Shown here: one piece after another, positions 29,244 through 38,311 of the stretch | Position numbering within the stretch: position 1 is the first letter of the stretch | Layout of the letters: every line of letters starts with the position of its first letter | Origin: a virus | IMG/VR virus record: IMGVR_UViG_3300025138_000015 | Strand: one strand, 5' to 3' | DNA: 64,000 bases | Notes under the pieces: generated by a model | Seen by the model: the letters and a program-made list of their open reading frames with translations, nothing else | Database searches by the model: none | What the model was told of the DNA's origin: nothing | Translations under genes and position numbers: made by a program

Positions 29244-30170
29244 TTATTTAGTAAAGATGAACTCACTTAATTTGGATAAAGTTTCACCATATTGACCATG
29301 TGTATTCTGTCCTAAGAGATTGCAAAACTCTATTTGTTTTAACTCTATGTTATCAGAGTTAAGAATAGTATCAACTCTATTTGTCATAGAACAAAATTCA
29401 TACACTAGTGATTCAGATTTCTCTCCAATTTGTTTTTTAATTTCTTCTCTTGTGATTTTTTCTGCATCAAAATTATAATACTCTGTTCCATAGATTGAAT
29501 GAAACCAACATGCCTTTATAACATCTTCACTGAACTCATGCTCTTGAGCAATCTTTCCAGTGGTGAGTAAGTGTTCGAAAAAAGTTCCTCCACTGTGTTC
29601 TGCATTCTTTGTTTGTTGATAGAGATAATCTAAACATGGTGTGGTGTAATTTAGGTCAAAGTATTTAAACACTAACACTCTTCTGATATTACCGAATGTT
29701 TTACTTAGAGGTCTTGCGGCATGTAATAAACTAGAATTAAATATGAATACTCTTCCCTCTTTTGGTAATACTGATTTTATAATTTCATCATTCTCAAATA
29801 TAACAGTCTCACCACCCCAATTGATATCCCATTCTTCATTCAAATATATGATTGCTGTCTTTTGAGGAATATTTGAATTTTTAGAATCTACATGTGCCGC
29901 TGCATCATTACCAAAACAATAACCATTAATGTATGCTCGTTGAATACCCCAACCATCCATGTCTAATTCTTGGTGTATTTTTTCTAAAATTGGTGACCAC
30001 ATTTCAACAGACCTCATATCAAAATAAGTATCAAATCCGGCATCACATATGTTGTGATTCCAATGTAAGAATTCTTTTGTGTCGACATTCGAAGGCCAAC
30101 CATAGTGAAAGGGTAGAGATTGTTGTGACACTCCTCTGACCAAGTCATTTGAAACCTGTTTAACAATCAT
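29244..30170 (-). CDS. 2OG-Fe(II) oxygenase fused to an HD-like C-terminal domain
   Basis: HVD, IIYLNEEWDINWGGET, LLHAAR; C-terminal HSGGTFFEHL...FHSIYGTEYY. Confidence 0.85.
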   Translation of the reverse strand: MIVKQVSNDLVRGVSQQSLPFHYGWPSNVDTKEFLHWNHNICDAGFDTYFDMRSVEMWSPILEKIHQELDMDGWGIQRAYINGYCFGNDAAAHVDSKNSNIPQKTAIIYLNEEWDINWGGETVIFENDEIIKSVLPKEGRVFIFNSSLLHAARPLSKTFGNIRRVLVFKYFDLNYTTPCLDYLYQQTKNAEHSGGTFFEHLLTTGKIAQEHEFSEDVIKACWFHSIYGTEYYNFDAEKITREEIKKQIGEKSESLVYEFCSMTNRVDTILNSDNIELKQIEFCNLLGQNTHGQYGETLSKLSEFIFTK

Positions 30171-30748
30171 TAACTGAATCTCTTCATATCTCTTAGAGTT
30201 TCTTTATCACTTTGTATGTTCTGATAATTAGCATGTGCCTGAAGTGTAATCTCTGGAATCTCATACTGTGGAAAAGATGTAATTAGTTTGTGAATTAGAC
30301 CTGCAACATCTTGGTGTTTAACACTCGGTAGATTATCATCATTAAGTAATCCTAAATTAAGTGTGGTCATTTTGTATCTCTTCTTAGAGTTGTACTGGTA
30401 ATTATTTGCAAGGTGATTGAGTTGTGCTTTCTCACTTGCATACACATAACCTTTTGATATGTTTGGTTGACTTGCACGACTGGAGATATTGATAATGAAT
30501 TTTGTTTTCTCACCTTCCCAGGCTTCGTGTGCAATCGATAGAATCTCTGATTGGTCTTGATGTGCAAGATTGATTAGAACATCACAAGGTTTGTATCCTC
30601 TGAACACCCAACAATCTGCCCCATTCATTGTAATATCTTCACAACGAATTGGTGATACCTCTATTGTATTACCTTGATAAGGTGTTGCTTCAAGTGTGTC
30701 TTTAATAATCTTTGCAAGACCACTAGTTCCTGTTATTGCTATTCTCAT
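30170..30748 (-). CDS. Short-chain dehydrogenase/NAD(P)-dependent epimerase-like protein
   Basis: IAITGTSGLA Rossmann motif, IINISS, YASEK (YxxxK). Confidence 0.8.
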   Translation of the reverse strand: MRIAITGTSGLAKIIKDTLEATPYQGNTIEVSPIRCEDITMNGADCWVFRGYKPCDVLINLAHQDQSEILSIAHEAWEGEKTKFIINISSRASQPNISKGYVYASEKAQLNHLANNYQYNSKKRYKMTTLNLGLLNDDNLPSVKHQDVAGLIHKLITSFPQYEIPEITLQAHANYQNIQSDKETLRDMKRFS

Positions 30749-31658
30749 AATACTCCTTAACTATATCAAATGATTGTTTACCAAATAGTGAACCATCAAC
30801 ACTACATTTATTACAAGGGGACATACTTCTATTTCCCTTTATTAATTTCTTACGAATCTTTGTCATAGGTTTACTAAACCACACATCATGTAATGTGGAA
30901 TGCATCAAGTTACCTACGACATGTTCTCTGCCCCAATCGTTAGAACAAAACAATACATCTCCGTTCCAATCAACAAACATCTTGTAGAAAGGATAGTGAC
31001 ACACTTTGCCCTTTAGATTCTCTATGGTGTCGTCTTCTATTCCAACCCAATCCATAACTCCACTTCTATTGTTTAGAATAAGTCCGTGGGTTTCGAAATC
31101 ACCCCAATGCATACGATACTTGTATTTGTTTTCTGGAATATATTTCATGACTTCATCAAAGTGTTCCATTTGTTCCACTCCGTCATAAAGATTAATGTAA
31201 AGTAAATCCAATCCACTAAACTCGAACAACTCTTCTGCATATTCTCTAGTAAGTTTATCACCGTTAGTATTACATTCTATTGTTGCATAAGGAACTGTAC
31301 TTCTAAATGTATGTACGATTTCTCTGAATCTTGGGTTGAGTAGATTCTCTCCGTAACCACTTAAAGATATCTTACCTCTGAATCCATTCTCATGTAATTC
31401 CTTTCCAATGAGTTCTGCACCCTTAGGTGTCATGTGTAAGTTTCTATTTGGAAAGACTTCAGGATTTGCACGAGGACAAAACGAACATGTTCTGTTGCAC
31501 AACTCTGTAGTGTTAACTTCGACTGTAAGAATAGAACTGAGTTCATTCAGTTGGTCTTGGTCTTGTCGACTCCAATGTCTCTTTTCTTGTTCTCTTCTAT
31601 GTTCCAAGAAATCATATTGGTCTACTGCCTGAATAGGAATGTTTCTTTTATCCGACAT
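30723..31658 (-). CDS. Radical SAM / SPASM(twitch) domain protein
   Basis: CNRTCSFC motif; C-terminal C..PF...GDVLFC...GN...CNKC. Confidence 0.92.
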   Translation of the reverse strand: MSDKRNIPIQAVDQYDFLEHRREQEKRHWSRQDQDQLNELSSILTVEVNTTELCNRTCSFCPRANPEVFPNRNLHMTPKGAELIGKELHENGFRGKISLSGYGENLLNPRFREIVHTFRSTVPYATIECNTNGDKLTREYAEELFEFSGLDLLYINLYDGVEQMEHFDEVMKYIPENKYKYRMHWGDFETHGLILNNRSGVMDWVGIEDDTIENLKGKVCHYPFYKMFVDWNGDVLFCSNDWGREHVVGNLMHSTLHDVWFSKPMTKIRKKLIKGNRSMSPCNKCSVDGSLFGKQSFDIVKEYYENSNNRN

Positions 31659-32106
31659 GTACTTCTATGTACCTTTCAGTATCTAGTCCTGATTCTTTAA
31701 CAAATTGAAATTCAACAACATCTTCGTCTTCTAAATTACACCAATCTTGTGGTAGTAAAATAAATTGTGGGTCGTCTTCTTGATTGATGAGACAAGACCT
31801 AGGGTCTCCATTCTCTTTGTAGTTGTAGAGTTGAACTTCTAATGCCTCTAATGTATTACCTATTCGTGGACAAGGATAAGAGATTGCACTAATGTAAAAG
31901 TTCTCTTTCTTTTTACTGTCCAACTTTTTAAATAGATATACGGATTGTCTGAACTGTAAACCAAGAAAGATTGTTTGGTCTTCTGGCAGATTGAACCTGA
32001 GCAGATTCTTTTCAAAGGGTCTCTCTGAATAGATTCTGCTTACTTGGTCTTTATTGAATTGTGAAACGGTATACTTTCGTTTAGAAGTATCCACCATCTC
32101 TGACAT
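31648..32106 (-). CDS. Hypothetical protein (start uncertain)
   Basis: Overlaps both neighbours in the operon. Confidence 0.6.
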   Translation of the reverse strand: MSEMVDTSKRKYTVSQFNKDQVSRIYSERPFEKNLLRFNLPEDQTIFLGLQFRQSVYLFKKLDSKKKENFYISAISYPCPRIGNTLEALEVQLYNYKENGDPRSCLINQEDDPQFILLPQDWCNLEDEDVVEFQFVKESGLDTERYIEVHVG

Positions 32107-33466
32107 CATCATCACCATCTTTTTTCTCCTCGTCACTTCGAGTTGCTTCTGTTTCAGATGCACTGATGAAATCACCGTCTTCTTGCAATGATGCAATAAA
32201 CGATTCTGTTTGTTCTTCAAACTGGTCAATCATTTCTTCTTTTGAACCACTTAGTTCGAACCCTAACTTATCACCCTCTTCTTGTACTTCTGTTTTAGAA
32301 ATGTTTTCTAATTCTGACCTTGAAGGAATTGTAATCTCTTCATACTCTTCTTCTGCATCATCAATCTTTGCTTGAGCAGAGGCGAGAAGTTCTTCTTCAG
32401 TATCAAAGGTCGGAATAGTTTTCTTTTCTTCTTCTACTGGTGCAGTAATGTTTTCAGGTTCACTTACTTGTGCTTGAATGTTTGGGGCATTACCACCTGA
32501 GATTATAGGTTTAGATGTGACTTGTCCTGTAGAAACAACTGGTTCTGAATCCTCTAAACTTTCAAGTGTGTCTTCAAACTTTTCGTTGACATCTTCTAAT
32601 GCTTGTTCTGGTGAAACACCATTATAAAACATTTCATCATCTACGAAGTCTGCATCTTCATCGAAGTCGTCTGCAAAACCTATTTCAACATCTTCAAAGA
32701 CATCAGGTTCTACCAACAATTCATCGGCAGCTGCAACTTCGTTAACTTTTTCTACTTCGTCATAGAATGATTCTACTGTATCACCTTTTGGAACAAATTG
32801 TGTATCTGCATTTGGAGTTATGGTAACAGACTCTTCTTCAAAGTCTTTGAATGCCTTCTTGGCTTCTGCAACTTGATTTGCAGTTTCACCAATAAATGGT
32901 TCTTCAGGTCTTGCCTGTCTTACCATGTCCCATGCTTTAGACTTTGGCCTATCAGAGGCATTCATTTCAGCAGATGCTCTTGACTCGTCTAGTAAATCTT
33001 GTATTGGTTTAGATGTGACATTGTTCTGAACATTTGATAATGCTTCGAGTTGTGCCTGAAGAATTTTGTTTTGTTCTGCAACAATTTTTAATTCTTGTTG
33101 TGCAAGTTTCTTCGCCTGTCTTTCTGCAACAACCAGTTCATCCTTTTCTGCAAGACTAGATGCAATTAAGTCCCTTTGTTTTTGAACTTCTTCTTGTTCT
33201 AGTTCTTGTATTCTTTTAGTTGCAACTTGTACTTGGGTATTGTAATCTATAATACCTGCATTGACCTGTTCTCTGATTTGAACAAGTGCGTCTAGTTCAT
33301 CTAGTTTAAAGTTACCTGCTGATAACCCTTTCTGCATGATTTGATTAACTTGTTCTGCGTTAGCAGGTTTTAATCCTACAGTAAAGGTGTTAAGTCTGTT
33401 GGTGATTCGTTCTAACTCGGAGAGTTCCACTGTTTCACTTGCAAATGTTGATTGTTCGTCTGCCAT
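32081..33466 (-). CDS. Very acidic coiled-coil protein with a possible HeH/SAP-like motif
   Basis: Coiled-coil N-half, D/E-rich C-half, ELENISKTEV...GFELSGSKEEMIDQF. Confidence 0.7.
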   Translation of the reverse strand: MADEQSTFASETVELSELERITNRLNTFTVGLKPANAEQVNQIMQKGLSAGNFKLDELDALVQIREQVNAGIIDYNTQVQVATKRIQELEQEEVQKQRDLIASSLAEKDELVVAERQAKKLAQQELKIVAEQNKILQAQLEALSNVQNNVTSKPIQDLLDESRASAEMNASDRPKSKAWDMVRQARPEEPFIGETANQVAEAKKAFKDFEEESVTITPNADTQFVPKGDTVESFYDEVEKVNEVAAADELLVEPDVFEDVEIGFADDFDEDADFVDDEMFYNGVSPEQALEDVNEKFEDTLESLEDSEPVVSTGQVTSKPIISGGNAPNIQAQVSEPENITAPVEEEKKTIPTFDTEEELLASAQAKIDDAEEEYEEITIPSRSELENISKTEVQEEGDKLGFELSGSKEEMIDQFEEQTESFIASLQEDGDFISASETEATRSDEEKKDGDDDVRDGGYF

Positions 33467-33575
33467 AATATATCCTAAAAATCCATGGAGTGGTACTCGA
33501 CTAGAAGTTTATACATCGAAGTTAAACTAAACTCCCTTTCTTTTATGTATAGTCTCTGACCACATTAATATTTAT

Positions 33576-34094
33576 TTAAACTTGTATCTCAGGAAACGCT
33601 TCTGATGCAATTTCCTTTGTTATGTTAGGGAATGGATTCTTCTTATCCTTAACCAAGTCAATTAGTTCTGCTTCTCTATGATGCATACCTTCTAACAGTT
33701 CAATCCACATTGTCTCTCTACGAGCCTGTGGTACCTGTTCAGTCACAAAGTATTGAAACTTTTTAAACTCAAACTTTAATCCTGTTTCAGATAGTTGTGA
33801 ATCAGGTGCATCATTCTTTTTGTAAGGAGTTTGTCCTTCAGGTAATGTTGAATGAATGTTCTTATCGAACAACCACCTTAACACTTTGCTTACTGCACCG
33901 TTTCTATCATTACATATTCTTAAACCGTTTACTGCAGTTGGTATATCATCTTCTGCAATGATATTCGCTTGACATAATACTTCGTATACATCTGCTCCGT
34001 TTTGAAGTCTCACTCTTTCAGTGATTAACTCCATCTTTGGTTTGTTAGGAGCACCCTTCGGTCTTCCTCTTCCTTTTTTCTTTTCTGTTGTCAT
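33576..34094 (-). CDS. Conserved T4-like hypothetical protein with N-terminal AT-hook
   Basis: KKGRGRPKG; LPEGQTPY, RRETMWIELLEGMH..EAELI. Confidence 0.75.
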   Translation of the reverse strand: MTTEKKKGRGRPKGAPNKPKMELITERVRLQNGADVYEVLCQANIIAEDDIPTAVNGLRICNDRNGAVSKVLRWLFDKNIHSTLPEGQTPYKKNDAPDSQLSETGLKFEFKKFQYFVTEQVPQARRETMWIELLEGMHHREAELIDLVKDKKNPFPNITKEIASEAFPEIQV

Positions 34095-34097
34095 AAT

Positions 34098-34952
34098 TTA
34101 GGTCCTCACCATATTATATTGTGTAAAATCACCAATGTTGTCCATCAATTCATTCAATCTATGCTCTCTAAGATAATCAAATACTTTACCACTCGGTGGT
34201 GTAGACTCACCAAAACAGTCAAGAATATTTTCTACGACATCATCTGGTATAAATTCTAAGTCAATCAAAGTTTGATTTCTTAAATAGTTCCGATAGTATT
34301 TATCGTCCTTTTCAATGCTAATCCTGAGGTACTTATCGACTACAGGTTTTCTTAAAGGGGTTTGTCTGATACCTTCATCTAAACAATTGTCTGCTGATAG
34401 TATATTTGGTATACCGTCTGACTTATCTCCTCTGAGAATGTGTTCTTTTAGAAATGTATCTGCATCATCTGGTGCAACGAACTTGTTTAGATTAGGAGAC
34501 CATTGTTTTACATAGTCATACTTCTGCAACTGTTGGAAGTCCTTATCACCTGAGACGATTAGGACTGGTTCCTTTGAATGTTTAGTTAGAACTGCAATGA
34601 TATCATCAGCCTCACATCTTTCGACATACAGGTAGTGGTAGGGAAAGTTATCTCTTATCTCGTCTTTAACTTTCTGCAGTGTGTCGAAGATAAGTTTCCA
34701 ATCCATATCAGATGCATCTCTTGTCTTCTTACGGTTTGCTTTGTATTGTGGAAAGTATTCTCGTCTCCAAGGATTACTTGCATCAGTACATAGAACTATT
34801 TGTCCATACTGAGACGAGTATCGTTTACTGTAATTTCTTACAGAGTTTAGAATCATGTGTCTTAACATATCTTCGTTAATCTCACCATCATTCATTTTGA
34901 GTTGTGCCATCAGACCTGCTATTATGGTCTGAGTAAAATCTATTAGTATCAT
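34098..34952 (-). CDS. rnh: T4-type RNase H (5'-3' exonuclease)
   Basis: MILIDF, WRREYFPQYKANR, EADDIIA, SGDKDFQQL, GDKSDGIPN. Confidence 0.95.
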   Translation of the reverse strand: MILIDFTQTIIAGLMAQLKMNDGEINEDMLRHMILNSVRNYSKRYSSQYGQIVLCTDASNPWRREYFPQYKANRKKTRDASDMDWKLIFDTLQKVKDEIRDNFPYHYLYVERCEADDIIAVLTKHSKEPVLIVSGDKDFQQLQKYDYVKQWSPNLNKFVAPDDADTFLKEHILRGDKSDGIPNILSADNCLDEGIRQTPLRKPVVDKYLRISIEKDDKYYRNYLRNQTLIDLEFIPDDVVENILDCFGESTPPSGKVFDYLREHRLNELMDNIGDFTQYNMVRT

Positions 34953-35659
34953 TTAATCACTTTTATTAATAATGTATTCTTAGTAATTCTATTGTTTCCT
35001 TCTTTCTCTTTAGAACGAGGTATCTCGTCCATGAAACCTTTAGCAATAATATTACCACCTGATACCAGTCTATCAAGTAAAGTTAAATCTGTCAAGGTCT
35101 TTTCTATACATTCGTCTGCATCTATTATCTTACTACCATTCACTCTAAGACCACCATAGGATTTAAACATGGTAAGTTTCTTTGTGGATGTGTTGTATCC
35201 AAACAACAACGATGCACGAATGATATCCTCTGGATTTATGGATTTATATTTCTTCCACTCTGAAAGATAAGGAAGTTTCTTTACTAACTGTGCTGGGGTT
35301 TTAGGTTTAGGTGGTTTACGAACTGGTGTATACTCTGCAATATACTTTTCAATATCGGTTTCAAACTCTTTAAGTTTCTTTATAATCTTTGTCTTCTGAC
35401 CTTTAGTAAGGAAGTTATATGCCTCATCTAATTGAGGACAACCTTCTTTGTTGGTCATCTCGTATTGCATTTCTTCTGTAAACCCTTTCATGTATGCAAC
35501 AACTTTACCAGAGTAATCTAATTGTTTGAGATACTTGTACATAGAGAAAGGTATGGACTTCTTATCCATAAGAGTATCGATTTGTGCTTCGACTTCGTCT
35601 AAGGCACCAATGGCCTTATTCTTCATTCTCTCTTGTATACTAACCGTTTGCGTGTTCAT
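34949..35659 (-). CDS. Conserved T4-like hypothetical protein
   Basis: QLDEAY, SINPEDII, NRITKNTLLIKV; usual neighbour of rnh. Confidence 0.7.
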   Translation of the reverse strand: MNTQTVSIQERMKNKAIGALDEVEAQIDTLMDKKSIPFSMYKYLKQLDYSGKVVAYMKGFTEEMQYEMTNKEGCPQLDEAYNFLTKGQKTKIIKKLKEFETDIEKYIAEYTPVRKPPKPKTPAQLVKKLPYLSEWKKYKSINPEDIIRASLLFGYNTSTKKLTMFKSYGGLRVNGSKIIDADECIEKTLTDLTLLDRLVSGGNIIAKGFMDEIPRSKEKEGNNRITKNTLLIKVIK

Positions 35660-37028
35660 CGTTTCTATTTGTTAACATAAATTTACGAGCAGGATTTATC
35701 ATCAAGTTTGCTCTCTTCATAAAGTCTCTGTTAGCAAGAAAAGGTATTTGATTCCTTTTATCTAACGAAACTTCTATTTCATAAATTGTATTTAGAAAAT
35801 TTATTTCCAATAGAACGACTGGCCTTTTTTCGGCAGGTTTTAACAACTCTACATATCGATGTAGAGGTTCTTTGTATTTTACTCCTTCGGTAGTCCATGA
35901 GACTACTTTATTTTTCACGGTTAAATCATCCGCGTGCAAGGCACATGTCGTTGTATTATTACCAGTATCCATCTTAACAGTTAGTTCCTGTCCTTCAACT
36001 TCTAATGTTTCTAATACACCACATTCTGTTGCACTTCGTTTCCATGAATCTCTGTCGAGGAGATTATCTAAAACAATTTTATTAATATCACCATCAATTA
36101 CTTTGTTGATACCTTCGGTACCAGGTGAATGGTTAACTTCGATAATGAATGGTGAGTCTTTATCTCTGTTCTTTGCTGGCATAAAGTCTACACCAACCCA
36201 TTGTCCGTTCACCGCTTTGGCTGCCTGTAAGACTGCCTCTTGTTCAACTTCAGTAAGTTTAATCTCTTCAGGTTCAGAACCTTGTGAAACATTACTTCTA
36301 AAGTCGTCAAGTATCTTAGGTCGTTTCATCGCACCTATGATTTCTTTGTTCACAACAATACATCTAACATCGTAATCAACTTCAATGTATTCTTGTAATA
36401 GTATATCTGCATAAGGGTCAATCTTATAAACCAACTGAACGGTTGATTGTAATGACCTTTCTGTTTCAATCAATAGAACACCAACACCTTTACTTCCTTG
36501 TAGTGTCTTTAACACCATAGGGAACTTAGACTTCAATGCCTCATGGGCAGTCTCTATTGATTCTTTATCTGCATTTGGTATCAGTACGGTCTTAGGTTGA
36601 TTCATACCAATCTCTTGCAGTCTAAGATAACATCTAAACTTATCTGCACATACTTCAATTGTTTCTCTGAAGTTGCAAACAGGAATACCATATCTTTCTA
36701 ATTGAGATACTAAATCCAGATATGAATCTTTTTTACCAACTGCACCACGAATGATTACAACTGTATCTTCATCGATTTCAAATCCAAATGAATCATCTTC
36801 TTTGTGTATAGTTATGGTACCTTTATCTTCATCACGCATGATGAATGCACCATTGACACGACAATCATATACTTCGTGTCCTAGTTTCTCTGCAAGTTTA
36901 ACTAACTTTGCACTCGTCGCTTTAGGGTTTGACTTCTTCGGTTTTTCTGCGAGTACAACCAGACGATAAGGATTTTTAGCATCCTTATTCTCCGTTATTG
37001 TTTGCAACTCATTAAAACTTTTAATCAT
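35640..37028 (-). CDS. RimK-family ATP-grasp ligase fused to a retropepsin-like (RimB-like) protease
   Basis: DKF..Y, PKT, FPMVLKTLQGSKGVGV, QEYI, DFRSNVSQG, GVD, IEVNHSPG; C-terminal KMDTGN..ALHA, RPVV, NPARKF. Confidence 0.88.
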   Translation of the reverse strand: MIKSFNELQTITENKDAKNPYRLVVLAEKPKKSNPKATSAKLVKLAEKLGHEVYDCRVNGAFIMRDEDKGTITIHKEDDSFGFEIDEDTVVIIRGAVGKKDSYLDLVSQLERYGIPVCNFRETIEVCADKFRCYLRLQEIGMNQPKTVLIPNADKESIETAHEALKSKFPMVLKTLQGSKGVGVLLIETERSLQSTVQLVYKIDPYADILLQEYIEVDYDVRCIVVNKEIIGAMKRPKILDDFRSNVSQGSEPEEIKLTEVEQEAVLQAAKAVNGQWVGVDFMPAKNRDKDSPFIIEVNHSPGTEGINKVIDGDINKIVLDNLLDRDSWKRSATECGVLETLEVEGQELTVKMDTGNNTTTCALHADDLTVKNKVVSWTTEGVKYKEPLHRYVELLKPAEKRPVVLLEINFLNTIYEIEVSLDKRNQIPFLANRDFMKRANLMINPARKFMLTNRNDEHANG

Positions 37029-37374
37029 CAATTCTACTTTCCTTTTCTTTATGTAATTCTACAAAATATTCTGCATCTACTACAGCAAGTGGTTTCTTAC
37101 CATTCTTTTTAATTACTACAAGAGGTTCATAACTTTTGCAATTAGACTCTGCTTGTTCCATTGCTGACCAGATATTAACTTTCTCCTGATTCTTACATTC
37201 TACACTATAAGGGAAGATTTGTCTAGTCTGTTTTCCCATGATGATATCTTCACCACTAGAACCCATAGGTCTTGATTCTAAATCTTCTTCGTCTGCATTT
37301 AGATGTTCGACTAACATCTTTGCAACCCATTGTTGTAATCTTCTGCCTTTAGCTTTGGCTGACGAGGTCTTCAT
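37021..37374 (-). CDS. Holliday-junction-resolvase-like PD-(D/E)xK endonuclease
   Basis: SAKAKGRRLQQWV, MGSSGEDI, SVECKNQE, PLVVIKKN. Confidence 0.75.
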   Translation of the reverse strand: MKTSSAKAKGRRLQQWVAKMLVEHLNADEEDLESRPMGSSGEDIIMGKQTRQIFPYSVECKNQEKVNIWSAMEQAESNCKSYEPLVVIKKNGKKPLAVVDAEYFVELHKEKESRIDD

Positions 37375-37681
37375 TAAATTGTATACTCACTCCACATCCA
37401 CAAGAAGATACTTCTTTTGGATTTATAATTTTAAAATATTCATTAAGACCGTCTTTAACCCAATCTAAAGTTGAACCACTCAAATAAGGTACAGACATCT
37501 CATCTAACACTACATTAAATTTACCATAGTCAACAAGTTTATCAGACATGTTAATATAATCTGATGCGTCTTCAATATAATATTCGTAACCTGCACACCC
37601 ACCACCTTTAACTCCGAGTCGGATAAAACCGACCTTCTTCTTAATGAGTTGTTGTATTGCTGTATCAGTTACCTCTATCAT
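37349..37681 (-). CDS. iscA: Fe-S cluster carrier, IscA/HesB family
   Basis: IRLGVKGGGCAGYEY, NP..SSCGCGVS. Confidence 0.92.
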   Translation of the reverse strand: MIEVTDTAIQQLIKKKVGFIRLGVKGGGCAGYEYYIEDASDYINMSDKLVDYGKFNVVLDEMSVPYLSGSTLDWVKDGLNEYFKIINPKEVSSCGCGVSIQFNEDLVSQS

Positions 37682-37690
37682 ACCACCTAT

Positions 37691-38311
37691 TTATTCGTTT
37701 GAGTCCTGTTCCTCGAATAAACTTACTTTCTTAGGTTTAATCATTGTGTAAGGTATATGAATGTCTTGGTCTTCAGGCACATACAAATAATTAATCTGAC
37801 TGTTCTGACATGTTGTGATTGCATCTTCGATTGTCTCGACCAATGCCTCACCACCTAGATTGAATGATGTATTAAATATCATTGGACAACCTGTGATGTT
37901 ATAGAATGCTTCTATGAGTTCGTAATAGTTTTTGTTCTGTTCTTTTGTGACTGTTTGTATTCTACAAGTACCGTCTGCATGAACTAAACTAGGAACATCT
38001 CTGTATGCTTTCTCTCTTGCTTGTATCGCAAAGGACATCCAAGGTGATTCTTTTAATTGTTTCATGTCGAAGTAATCGTTTGCATGTTCTAACATAACTG
38101 AACCTGCAAATGGTCTATAGTCTTCTCTTTGTTTAACTGTATTCACAATTTGTTTTGCCATAGGATTTCTAGGGTCAAATAATATACTACGATTACCTAA
38201 TGCACGAGGACCCCATTCGGATTCTCCTTGAAAGATTGCAACGATTTGTGCTCTGTCAATCAGTAAGTCAACGACTGTATCTAAGTCTCTTATAATTTTA
38301 GTCTTTATCAT
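37691..38311 (-). CDS. Carbamoyltransferase (NodU/CmcH/TobZ) C-terminal domain
   Basis: FQGESEWGPRALGNRSIL, RPFAGSV, HADGTCRIQTV, NTSFN; own AGGAG RBS at ATG 38311. Confidence 0.9.
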   Translation of the reverse strand: MIKTKIIRDLDTVVDLLIDRAQIVAIFQGESEWGPRALGNRSILFDPRNPMAKQIVNTVKQREDYRPFAGSVMLEHANDYFDMKQLKESPWMSFAIQAREKAYRDVPSLVHADGTCRIQTVTKEQNKNYYELIEAFYNITGCPMIFNTSFNLGGEALVETIEDAITTCQNSQINYLYVPEDQDIHIPYTMIKPKKVSLFEEQDSNE

